Shown here one piece after another: positions 48,688 through 57,771 of a stretch of DNA of 64,000 nt. Under the pieces are notes generated by a model. It was not told where the DNA came from, ran no database searches, and worked only from the letters and a program-made list of their open reading frames with translations. The stretch lies in contig JBNGBT010000005.1 in the NCBI GenBank assembly GCA_049903315.1, forward strand, positions 64,001 to 128,000, in the 5' to 3' direction. Positions within the stretch are counted from its first letter, which is position 1. Each line of letters opens with the position of its first letter. The stretch comes from Candidatus Cloacimonadota bacterium (GTDB lineage: Bacteria; Cloacimonadota; Cloacimonadia; JGIOTU-2). Both the position numbers and the translations under genes were made by a program.

Positions 48688-49614
48688 ATGAAGTTCACTT
48701 TCATTAAACAAAAGATAATGAATCAAGTGCTTTATGCACTTATTCCCATTTTATTATACGCCATTTATCTCTTTGGATGGCGTGTTTTATTTATAGTGCT
48801 TATTACCAATCTATTTGCTTTTCTTACTGAATACATTTTTATCAAAAACAAACCTAAGGGCAAAGTATCGACCGCCGTTTTTGTGACAGGAAGTCTTCTT
48901 GCACTCACTCTCCCACCAACGATCCCATTGTGGATGGCAGCAGTCGGCGCAGTCGTAGCAGTAAGTTTTGGAAAAATGGTCTTTGGCGGTTTTGGAATGA
49001 ATATGTTCAATCCTGCAATTGTAGGTAGGACTTTTTTATACATCGCTTTTCCCAATGCAATGACAGTACAATGGATGAAACCTTTCACTTCTTTACCTGG
49101 GGGATTTTCACATTTTTCTCAAGCACAGTATGTGACAGCTGCCACACCGATGATACAATTTAAACAAGCAGGTGTGATCACAGAAATGCCTAAACTCTTT
49201 TTTGGAATGATACCCGGTAGTATTGGAGAGACATCTGCTTTATTAATAATAATTGCAGCACTCTATTTGCTTTTTACAAAAACTGCAAAATGGCAGCCAA
49301 TGGTTACAACTCTTTTCAGCTTTATAATTTTCACACTGATCTTTTACGGGAAGAATCCATTATTTTTTCTCTTAAGCGGGGGTATCATGTTTGGTTCTGT
49401 TTTTATGGTTACAGATCCGGTCTCGATGCCTAAAGAGAAATATTCAATCTGGATATATGGTATTTTAATAGGTTTTCTCACTGTTTTCATCAGGAAGTTT
49501 TCTCTCTTTGCAGAAGGATTTATGTTTGCTTTGCTCATCGCAAATACATTTATGCCAATTATTGAATATGCGATGAAGAAACTTACTTCAAAAAATATAA
49601 AGCCAGTGGTATAA
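48688..49614 (+). CDS. Rnf/Nqr membrane subunit RnfD/NqrB-like
   Basis: K.VFGG.G.N.FNPA..GR, FMN-attachment TAATP, GSIGETS, FM.TDPVS. Confidence 0.9.
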   Translation: MKFTFIKQKIMNQVLYALIPILLYAIYLFGWRVLFIVLITNLFAFLTEYIFIKNKPKGKVSTAVFVTGSLLALTLPPTIPLWMAAVGAVVAVSFGKMVFGGFGMNMFNPAIVGRTFLYIAFPNAMTVQWMKPFTSLPGGFSHFSQAQYVTAATPMIQFKQAGVITEMPKLFFGMIPGSIGETSALLIIIAALYLLFTKTAKWQPMVTTLFSFIIFTLIFYGKNPLFFLLSGGIMFGSVFMVTDPVSMPKEKYSIWIYGILIGFLTVFIRKFSLFAEGFMFALLIANTFMPIIEYAMKKLTSKNIKPVV

Positions 49615-50234
49615 TGCAAGCACAGAAGAAGCTTTTTTCTGAGACGAAATTCTATCCCATTTTTTTTATGATCATGATAACGATAATTTGTGTGGGTATT
49701 CTGACCACCTTCTATCATATGACCAACAAGCGCGTTGAAGATTATCAAGCGTTACAAATTCAGAAACAGGTTTTGGAAACTTTCGAGCTTTCCACTGAAG
49801 CTGTTTCAGAAGATTATCACAAATATATAACAATGCATACAAGAGACACCCTCACATTCTATGAAGCAAAGAGAGATAATAATGTGATCGGTCATTGTTT
49901 TCCTGTTCAGGGAAGCGGCTTATGGGGAACGATTCGGGCACTTGTTGCACTTGATAAAGATATGTCGAAGATAATTGGTTTCACAATTGTTGAACAGAAT
50001 GAAACTCCAGGACTCGGAGCAAGGATAACAGAAAAGTGGTTTTTGGATCAGTTTAAGAATAAACCAATAGGTAGCAATAATAAAGTTATCAAATTCACTC
50101 TCATTCCCGAGGATGAAAAAGCGAACAAAACAGAGATACAACAAATAACCGGTGCAACTGCGTCAAGCAGAGCTGTCGTGAATATCTTATATAATAACCT
50201 TGTCGAGATCATACAAAAAATCAAAAATTCATGA
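49614..50234 (+). CDS. FMN-binding subunit RnfG/NqrC-like
   Basis: N-terminal TM, G.GLWG.I, ETPGLG, FMN-attachment ITGAT.SS. Confidence 0.9.
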   Translation: MQAQKKLFSETKFYPIFFMIMITIICVGILTTFYHMTNKRVEDYQALQIQKQVLETFELSTEAVSEDYHKYITMHTRDTLTFYEAKRDNNVIGHCFPVQGSGLWGTIRALVALDKDMSKIIGFTIVEQNETPGLGARITEKWFLDQFKNKPIGSNNKVIKFTLIPEDEKANKTEIQQITGATASSRAVVNILYNNLVEIIQKIKNS

Positions 50235-50830
50235 CCAAAAAACAGATACTACTCAATAGTCTTTTTACGGAAAATGCTGTCTGGAGGCAGATCCTCGGTA
50301 TTTGCTCTGCACTGGCTGTGACAAATCTCATTATGAATAGTCTTGTCATGGGCTTGGGGGTGATCTTTACTCTCGCGTGCTCAAGCTTCACTATCTCACT
50401 TCTGCGCAATTATATTCCTAATAGAATTCGTATGATGGTCCAGGTGCTCATTATTGCCTTCTTTGTGATCATTGTGGATTTATTTCTTAAGGCATTTCTC
50501 CCGAATATAAGTCATGCTCTGGGACCGTATGTAGGACTTATAATTACGAACTGCATAATAATGGGAAGAGCGGAAGCATTTGCATCTAAAAACACACCTG
50601 TTAATTCAGCAATAGATGGGATTGGAGCAGGTGCCGGTTATGCGCTTGTGCTGTTGATCATTGCTTTTTTCCGCGAATTATTAGGATTCGGAACAATTTT
50701 CGGTGTGCAGGTTTTAGGAACTTGGTGGACGAAATGGTCGATCATGATTATGGCGCCAAGCGCATTCTTTATGCTCGCACTGCTCATGTGGTTTGTCTAT
50801 ACTATGAAAACAAAAACAGGGAAAAATTAA
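50231..50830 (+). CDS. RnfE/NqrD-like membrane subunit
   Basis: LGICSALAVT, GLIITNCIIMGRAEAFA, RELLG.G. Confidence 0.92.
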   Translation: MTKKQILLNSLFTENAVWRQILGICSALAVTNLIMNSLVMGLGVIFTLACSSFTISLLRNYIPNRIRMMVQVLIIAFFVIIVDLFLKAFLPNISHALGPYVGLIITNCIIMGRAEAFASKNTPVNSAIDGIGAGAGYALVLLIIAFFRELLGFGTIFGVQVLGTWWTKWSIMIMAPSAFFMLALLMWFVYTMKTKTGKN

Positions 50831-50831
50831 T

Positions 50832-51419
50832 ATGGGAATCAGTGCATTCATCATCTTTATGGCAGCAATCTTCACGAGTAATATTTTACTCACGAATTTT
50901 TTGGGAATGTGCTCTTACCTCTCAGTATCAAAACAAGTCGAATCTTCAATAGGATTGGGGCTTGCAGTGTTTTTTGTGATGACATGTACAACTGCTCTGA
51001 ATTACGCAGTATATTATTTTATACTTGTGCCTTTCGATCTTATATATCTTCAATATATCATTTTTATTATTATAATTGCTGCATTTGTACAGCTCATAGA
51101 GATGGTGATCGAACGGTTCTCTCCCGTGCTTTATTACTCGTTGGGAATTTTTCTGCCGCTCATTACTGTCAATTGCGCGATACTCGGAGTATCACTTTTT
51201 ATGATCATCAGGCACTATACTTTTATACAATCTGTTGCGTTTGGTGCGGGAAGCGGAATCGGGTGGATGCTTGCAATTCTTGCTCTTGCGGGTATCCGCG
51301 AAAGAGTCAATGAAAAATTTGTTCCAGTTGGTTTGCGTGGTGCAGCTCTCAGTCTGATAATCACGGGCATTATGGCACTTGGTTTTATCGGTTTTTCCGG
51401 TATTGCAGTTATTCAATAA
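50832..51419 (+). CDS. RnfA/NqrE-like membrane subunit
   Basis: FLGMC..L.VS, LGIFLPLITVNCAILG, G..AL.F.GF. Confidence 0.92.
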   Translation: MGISAFIIFMAAIFTSNILLTNFLGMCSYLSVSKQVESSIGLGLAVFFVMTCTTALNYAVYYFILVPFDLIYLQYIIFIIIIAAFVQLIEMVIERFSPVLYYSLGIFLPLITVNCAILGVSLFMIIRHYTFIQSVAFGAGSGIGWMLAILALAGIRERVNEKFVPVGLRGAALSLIITGIMALGFIGFSGIAVIQ

Positions 51420-51420
51420 A

Positions 51421-52524
51421 ATGATCCTATCTATTCTCATCACTATCGGGATCGTTGCTGGAATTGGTGGTTTCCTTGCGTTTTTGCTCGTCATTGCAGA
51501 ATCGACTTTAACAAATTACGGCGAATGTACGATTACGATAAATGAGAAAAAAGAACTTAAAGTTAAAGGTGGAAGCTCATTACTTAATATTTTAAATAAT
51601 AATAAAATTTTTCTTTCATCAGCATGTGGCGGACGCGGAAGCTGTGGATTCTGCAAATGCAAAGTAACTGAAGGTGGTGGTCCGCTTCTCCCAACAGAAA
51701 CCCCGTTTCTCGATGAAGATGAGAAAAAAAATAATATTCGACTTGCCTGCCAGGTGAAGGTTAAACAAGACATCAAAATTGAAATTCCAGAAGATATTTT
51801 TGCAATACAGGCATTCACAGGAAAAGTTACAAAAATCATCGATCTTACCTATGATATCACAGAGTTGATCATACAGCTCACAAAGCCGGAAAGCATCAAT
51901 TTCAAAGCCGGTCAGTATGTTCAATTCGTTGCTCCAAGATATGAAAAAAGCAAACAGTCTGTTACTCGGGCATATTCAATTGCAAGTAGCCCGTACCAAA
52001 AAGATACAATCCAGCTCATCATAAAAAAAGTGCCGGAAGGATTGTGCACAACCTATATTCATGAGTATCTCAAAGAAGGAGATAGTGTGTCCTTTACCGG
52101 ACCTTTTGGTGATTTTATTATCAAGGAAACTCAAAATGATATGCTCTTTGTTGCAGGAGGTTCTGGCAAAGCTCCGATAAAATCTATGCTGGAATTTCTC
52201 AGTGCACAAGGTTCAAAACGAAGAATGGTATATCTTTTCGGAGCACGCACGGAAAAAGATCTTTATCTGACCGATTTATTTGAAAAATTGGAAAAGGAAC
52301 TGAAAAATTTTATATATGTGCCCATTCTCTCACAACCGGAAGAAAATTCGGGATGGAAAGGAAAAACCGGCTATATCATGCCATATTTGAAAGAGTATAT
52401 TAAAGACGCTGCACAGATGGAAGCATATCTCTGCGGAAGCCCTGGCATGATAGATGCAGTAAAAAAAGAACTACATCATCTTAAAATTCCGGCTGATAAT
52501 ATCTTTTATGATTCTTTCAATTAA
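51421..52524 (+). CDS. NqrF-like NADH-oxidising subunit (TM, 2Fe-2S, FAD, NAD domains)
   Basis: N-terminal TM; CGGRGSCGFC...RLACQ 2Fe-2S; RAYSIAS; GPFG; AGGSG.AP; YLCG.PGM; ATG at 51421. Confidence 0.9.
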   Translation: MILSILITIGIVAGIGGFLAFLLVIAESTLTNYGECTITINEKKELKVKGGSSLLNILNNNKIFLSSACGGRGSCGFCKCKVTEGGGPLLPTETPFLDEDEKKNNIRLACQVKVKQDIKIEIPEDIFAIQAFTGKVTKIIDLTYDITELIIQLTKPESINFKAGQYVQFVAPRYEKSKQSVTRAYSIASSPYQKDTIQLIIKKVPEGLCTTYIHEYLKEGDSVSFTGPFGDFIIKETQNDMLFVAGGSGKAPIKSMLEFLSAQGSKRRMVYLFGARTEKDLYLTDLFEKLEKELKNFIYVPILSQPEENSGWKGKTGYIMPYLKEYIKDAAQMEAYLCGSPGMIDAVKKELHHLKIPADNIFYDSFN

Positions 52525-52532
52525 GGAATACA

Positions 52533-52988
52533 ATGAAACAAACACTTCAAGAGAAGAAAATACAAGAGAATATGCAGCCAGGCGTGATCACTTTATCCGG
52601 TTTTCTGGGTAATGATAACAGGCATCTTCATGACATTATTGCAGAAGACAGAAATACTCTTGAAAGACTGAATATTTCTCAAGAAGAGATTGCTGATAGA
52701 CTTCAGTATTTTACAAATCTGGCATGGGATAGTTACGATGGTTTTATTACTATCGACGATATCTATCAGGTTGAATATAAAAGCTACAGAGGAAGAATTG
52801 CATGTCCTTTTTCCCATTCCGGCATGTATCCCAAAGGAACCATCATCCTGAAGAATCTCACCATTGGAAAAGAAATCTGCTGGACTCCTCTCAATATACA
52901 TATGATCCGGGAGCATTGTTTTTTCGAAGGGAAAGGATCACCTCACAGGATCGAGCCATCTGAAGTGAGTAAAATTATCTTCAAATAA
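52533..52988 (+). CDS. Uncharacterised soluble protein with Cys/His motifs
   Basis: AAGGA RBS, 8 nt after the nqrF-like stop; motifs GFLG.D, RG..ACPF.H, H.I..H.FFEG.GS..R. Confidence 0.75.
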   Translation: MKQTLQEKKIQENMQPGVITLSGFLGNDNRHLHDIIAEDRNTLERLNISQEEIADRLQYFTNLAWDSYDGFITIDDIYQVEYKSYRGRIACPFSHSGMYPKGTIILKNLTIGKEICWTPLNIHMIREHCFFEGKGSPHRIEPSEVSKIIFK

Positions 52989-53117
52989 ATCCTTTTTAAA
53001 AAGATATATATAATAATTGGTTATAGTTAATTAGAATTTAACAAATCAACAAATTTGACAATAATTAGGCATTATCCCGATTAGCTCTATATTATGAGTA
53101 TTGTACTCATAAAATAT

Positions 53118-54290
53118 ATGAAAAAATATTATTTTAGTCTCCTTTGTTTGGGCATCATAATTCTCAGTTTTGGACAACTCAAAGCTGATAATCTGAAAGT
53201 ACATTTCATTGATGTGCGCCAGGGTGATGCAATACTTATCCAGTATGGGGGAGAGAACTATCTTATTGACTCCGGGAAAAATCTCAGCTCGGATAAACTC
53301 ATTTATTATGTAGATTCCGTAGGAGTTACGACCCTGAATGCCTGCCTGATCACTCATCCTGATGCTGACCACTACGGTGAGTTCGAAGACCTTGTTGAAA
53401 GTGGTTTATTTACCATTGAAAAATTCATTATTAATAAAACTTCCTCTACAAATTCATCCTACATCAGACTTCTGAATCTTTTACTGACTGAAAATATCTC
53501 AGTTGAAACAGTTGACTATGAAGACGATCTGAATTGGAGCATGACAACCGATATTCTCTCACCGAATTATGAGAACGGCTTTAACAATGATAATGATAAT
53601 TCCATCGTAATAAAAATGAGTCTAGGTGAGGTGGATTTCCTTTTTACGGGTGATAGTGTTGAAGATAATAACCAATACCTTCTCGATACCTATGATATCG
53701 ATGTAGAAGTATTAAAAGTCGCTCATCACGGGGGATTGGACGGCACGAGTGAAGCATTTCTCGCAGAAGCCACACCTGCAGTATCTGTAATTAGCACGGG
53801 CAACAACTCGTATGGGCATCCTTCTCAAATAGTGATTGGACTATTACAGGATATCGGCACACTTATTTATTCTACTGCTGATGATTGGAATACCTGGTGG
53901 ATCAACGGTGGCAATGGTTCTGATGATGTGAGTTTGGATGATGATATCCTTGTCGAAACCGATGGGGATAATATCTGGGTAAATAATGAACTCGTGTGGT
54001 CGATCTTTGCTGTTAATGAAGAATATGCAGGTATTACTTTTTTCAATACTTTTCCAAATCCTTTTAAAAATTCTGTGACAATCCAATATAATGTAAAGAA
54101 GAACAGCGATGTAAAAATTGATGTGTACGATCTACAGGGAATGCTGGTAAAAGAGCTTCTTAATGAGCACAAAAGTGCTGGAAACTACGAGATAGATTGG
54201 AATGCTGAAGGAGTGAGGTCGGGGATATATTTTTGTAAATTCGCACAAGGGAGTAAAGAGGAAGTAAGGAAACTAGTGCTTCTGAATTAA
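53118..54290 (+). CDS. Secreted ComEC/Rec2-type metallo-beta-lactamase-fold hydrolase with C-terminal secretion/FlgD-Ig domain
   Basis: Signal peptide; FIDV.QGDA, THPDADH, FTGD, KVAHHG, YGHP; C-terminal FPNPF...G.YF...KLVLL. Confidence 0.85.
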   Translation: MKKYYFSLLCLGIIILSFGQLKADNLKVHFIDVRQGDAILIQYGGENYLIDSGKNLSSDKLIYYVDSVGVTTLNACLITHPDADHYGEFEDLVESGLFTIEKFIINKTSSTNSSYIRLLNLLLTENISVETVDYEDDLNWSMTTDILSPNYENGFNNDNDNSIVIKMSLGEVDFLFTGDSVEDNNQYLLDTYDIDVEVLKVAHHGGLDGTSEAFLAEATPAVSVISTGNNSYGHPSQIVIGLLQDIGTLIYSTADDWNTWWINGGNGSDDVSLDDDILVETDGDNIWVNNELVWSIFAVNEEYAGITFFNTFPNPFKNSVTIQYNVKKNSDVKIDVYDLQGMLVKELLNEHKSAGNYEIDWNAEGVRSGIYFCKFAQGSKEEVRKLVLLN

Positions 54291-54554
54291 ACACAAAACA
54301 CAAATCAACGTGCAGAGATGAGTCGGAATGAATAGTACTCCCGGGTTCCATTTTCTGTATCATTGCTCATGGATGGCTTTATTGGAACATTAATGGTATT
54401 GTGCTTTCAGTAATTCCTCTTGCAATACCCTTAAAGCATTTTTATCGAAGAAAGCTTAGCTCGGATTTTCGTTTCACACTAAATAAGAAAATATTTATTT
54501 TAGAAGCTCACGTAGGAGAGGTGTATAAAAAATACATAAATTGTGTAACAATTA

Positions 54555-54591
54555 GAAAAACAAGGGAGAAAGAGTGCGCACTCTTTCTCCC
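54555..54591 (-). terminator. Perfect 28-bp palindrome followed by a U-tract on the minus strand
   Basis: GGGAGAAAGAGTGC/GCACTCTTTCTCCC at 54564-54591; the minus strand continues TTGTTTTTCT. Confidence 0.65.
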
Positions 54592-54682
54592 AAGAATTTC
54601 CTGTAGAACGGAAATTGAGCGATGGTTCTGATTGAGTTTGGGAGCTCAATCAATAGCCATCTAAGGAGGGAATTATGAGGAC
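54555..54682 (-). ncRNA. Candidate small structured RNA (three hairpins, ending in an intrinsic terminator)
   Basis: Hairpins at 54621-54661, 54595-54616 and 54564-54591; U-tract after the last on the minus strand; minus-strand TTGACA at 54716-54711. Confidence 0.4.
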
Positions 54683-54927
54683 TTTGATAATGAGTTATTA
54701 TGAAAAATGATGTCAAGAAAATATGAAAATGTAAGTGGATAAACGCGAGAATGTGCATTAGTGTTTTCGAATCTAACAAATACATTGACCAATAAAGAAA
54801 GAAAAAGAACAAAGGTATATATAGTAAAATAAATATTATTTTAATCTCACAATTGAAATGAAGATAGAGATATTTTAATAATCATATTTGGGCATATCTA
54901 AGAGAAAAAATCAGAGGAAGTATTTAT

Positions 54928-57615
54928 ATGAATAAGATTTTGATAGTTGATGATGTTGCAGAAAATTTGGCTGTGACGAAAGATTTACTCCAAGATTTAA
55001 TCCCTGACTGTCTCATATTCACAGCACAATCCGGAAAAGAGGGATTAACAACAGCAAGAGATGAGCAACCTGATACGATTATTACAGATATTAAAATGCC
55101 CGAAATGGATGGATATGAATTATGCAGGAGATTAAAAGCAGACGAAGCAACTGAAAATATCCCTATAATGATTTTGACCGGCTCCAAGGTAGATGCTGAA
55201 TGGCGTGTAAAATGTCTTGAAGCAGGTGCTGATGTTTTCCTGTCTAAGCCGGTTGATGCTTCAGAACTTATTGCTCAAATAAATGTTATGTTAAGATGTA
55301 AAAAAGCAGAAGATAGGTTGCTGTCAGAAAATGAAAGATTAGAAAATACTATTCTTGAAAAGACAACAGAATTAAAGGAAAGCGAAGAAAAATATCGAAG
55401 CATATACGAAAATATGCATATCGGTATATATCGAACAACACCCGATGGGAAAATACTTTTTGCTAATCCTGCTCTCATTGAGATCCTTAAATATGATTCG
55501 TTTGAAGATTTAAAAACAAGAGATCTCGAACTATCAGGATATTTTCCTAAAAAAAGTCGTGAAGAATTCAAGAAAGAAATTAACGAAAACAAACAAATTA
55601 GAGGTTTTGAATCTACATGGCTGAGAGCCGATGGTAAAAAAGTATATATAAGAGAGAACGCAAAAGCTTTTTATGATAAAGATGGGAATATTAAATATTA
55701 TGAAGGCACAATAGAAGATATCACAGAACGCAAGATAGCTGAACAAAATCTGAAAGCAAGTGAGGAAAAGTATAGGGCTCTTGTCGAGAATGCAAATGTT
55801 TCAATATTCACCATAGACTCCAATGGCATTTATTTGTTTTTGAACAGTATTGCAGCTAAAGAACTTGGTGGGAAACCGGAAGATTTTATTGGAAAAACGT
55901 TATGGGATGTCTTTCCAAAAGAAATTGCTGAACGCCAGATGAATAGTATTTGTGAGTTGATTAAATTAGGAAAAGGTAGGATTAGTGAACAAAAGACCGT
56001 TTTACAAGGACAAGATCGTTGGTACCGAACGAACAGCCAACCTGTTAAAGATGAAAAGGGTGAAATATATGCGGTTATGATAATCGGTACTGACATAACC
56101 GAGCGCAAACGGGCAGAAGAAAAAATCAATATACTTGCTCACTCTTTAAGAAGTATTAATGAATGTGTTTCCATTACTGATACTAAAGATATTATCTATT
56201 TTGTCAATGATGCTTATCCTAAAACTTACGGTTATACAAAAGGAGAATTAATTGGAAAACATATAAGTATTTTACATCCAAAACATGTAACACTTGAAAT
56301 CGAGAATATGATCTTAAAGAAAACTATTGAGTGTGGTTGGAGCGGCGAGCTTGTTAATCAAAAGAAAGATGGTACAATCTTTCCTGTATATCTTTCCACT
56401 TCGGTAATAAAGGACGATAAAGAAAATATAATCGGATTAGTAGGAGTAACCACTGACATAACCGAGCGTAAACGAGCAGAGGAAATACAAAAAACAATTT
56501 TTAACATTTCCAACACCCTAAGTACTGTTGATAATATGCAAGGGCTGTACACCAAGATAAGAGAATTTCTGGGAGATGTCATTGATACAAACAACTTCTA
56601 TATTGCATTATACGATGAAAAAACAGATATAATCTCGTTTGCATATTATGCTGATGAAACTTTTAGTAAAAAAAATTATCTTCCTGCAAGTAGAAAATTC
56701 GGCAATGGATTAACTGAATATGTCATCAAAACCGGCAAACCCCTGTTTGCTACAGAGGATGTAGTAAACGAATTAATAAATAAAGGATTAATTGAATCAA
56801 TTGGCTCTCCTTCTGAGATATGGCTGGGGGTTCCTCTTAACATTGAAAATAAAGTAATCGGCGTTATCGCAGTTCAAAGCTATTATGATCCAAATCTTTA
56901 TACAGAAAAGGATATTGAAATTCTAAACTTTATTTCCGAAGAAATTGCTCTTGCTATAGATCGAAAAAAGGCAGAAGAGGAGTTAAAGATAAATCGTGAG
57001 CGTTTGAGAATAGCAAATTCGATATTACGACACGACATTACCAACGATATTGTGGTAATAAAAAGCGCACTGGATATTTATCGTGATGAGAACGATATCA
57101 CTATGCTTGATGAGATCGATAAAAGAATTGAAAAAAGTATCAATACAATCAAGAAACAACGAGAACAGGAAAAGTTCATAGATTCTCATTTAGCGTTAGT
57201 AGAATATAAAATTGAGAAAGTAGCGAATAAGATTATTAAAAATTATTCAGATTTAGAGATCAATGTAACAGGTACTGGCAAGGTTTATGCGGATAATGCT
57301 ATATATTCTGTATTTGAAAACATTATGAGCAATGCAATACTCCACGGTAAAACAAAAAAGATAGATATTGAAATAAATTCAGAGGAAGATTATTGTGTGA
57401 TAAGAATTGCTGATCATGGCATCGGCATACCTGATGAATATAAATATGATATATTTGAAAAAGGTTTTAAATACGGTCCTCATGGGCATACTGGTATTGG
57501 TCTATATATAGTGCAAAAAACTATTGAGGACTATGGGGGAACAATACATGTAGAAGATAACAAACCCCATGGTGCAGTATTTGTACTTCGTTTGAGGAAA
57601 GTTATAAAGAAATAA
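54928..57615 (+). CDS. Hybrid sensor histidine kinase (REC-3xPAS-GAF-HisKA-HATPase)
   Basis: REC (VDD, DIKMPEMDG, KP); three PAS ending DITERK; GAF (WLGVPL...IGVI.VQSY); H-box LRHDITN; N-box ENIMSNA; DHGIGI, GIGL. Confidence 0.92.
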   Translation: MNKILIVDDVAENLAVTKDLLQDLIPDCLIFTAQSGKEGLTTARDEQPDTIITDIKMPEMDGYELCRRLKADEATENIPIMILTGSKVDAEWRVKCLEAGADVFLSKPVDASELIAQINVMLRCKKAEDRLLSENERLENTILEKTTELKESEEKYRSIYENMHIGIYRTTPDGKILFANPALIEILKYDSFEDLKTRDLELSGYFPKKSREEFKKEINENKQIRGFESTWLRADGKKVYIRENAKAFYDKDGNIKYYEGTIEDITERKIAEQNLKASEEKYRALVENANVSIFTIDSNGIYLFLNSIAAKELGGKPEDFIGKTLWDVFPKEIAERQMNSICELIKLGKGRISEQKTVLQGQDRWYRTNSQPVKDEKGEIYAVMIIGTDITERKRAEEKINILAHSLRSINECVSITDTKDIIYFVNDAYPKTYGYTKGELIGKHISILHPKHVTLEIENMILKKTIECGWSGELVNQKKDGTIFPVYLSTSVIKDDKENIIGLVGVTTDITERKRAEEIQKTIFNISNTLSTVDNMQGLYTKIREFLGDVIDTNNFYIALYDEKTDIISFAYYADETFSKKNYLPASRKFGNGLTEYVIKTGKPLFATEDVVNELINKGLIESIGSPSEIWLGVPLNIENKVIGVIAVQSYYDPNLYTEKDIEILNFISEEIALAIDRKKAEEELKINRERLRIANSILRHDITNDIVVIKSALDIYRDENDITMLDEIDKRIEKSINTIKKQREQEKFIDSHLALVEYKIEKVANKIIKNYSDLEINVTGTGKVYADNAIYSVFENIMSNAILHGKTKKIDIEINSEEDYCVIRIADHGIGIPDEYKYDIFEKGFKYGPHGHTGIGLYIVQKTIEDYGGTIHVEDNKPHGAVFVLRLRKVIKK

Positions 57616-57719
57616 GGGATAGGAGCTTCGGGGTATAGAGTTACTTTTATTACTTCGAGGACATCATAATCGCCTATTTCCCCAAATATAATCACAATTA
57701 GTTTTATTCATATTCAATT

Positions 57720-57747
57720 GAAGGCGATATTAGCCAATATCGCCTTC
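57720..57747. terminator. Hairpin between convergent genes (probable bidirectional terminator)
   Basis: GAAGGCGATATT-AGCC-AATATCGCCTTC, 12-bp perfect stem. Confidence 0.65.
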
Positions 57748-57771
57748 GTAATATTAACTATATTTAATTAT

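Noticed and set aside
53118..54290. comEC competence gene
   Set aside because: Lacks the multi-TM competence domain; only the MBL domain is present
54401..54812. ORFs of 76 aa (+) and 86 aa (-) in the intergenic gap
   Set aside because: No clear RBS or protein-like features; they overlap the hairpin cluster, which is better explained as RNA structure
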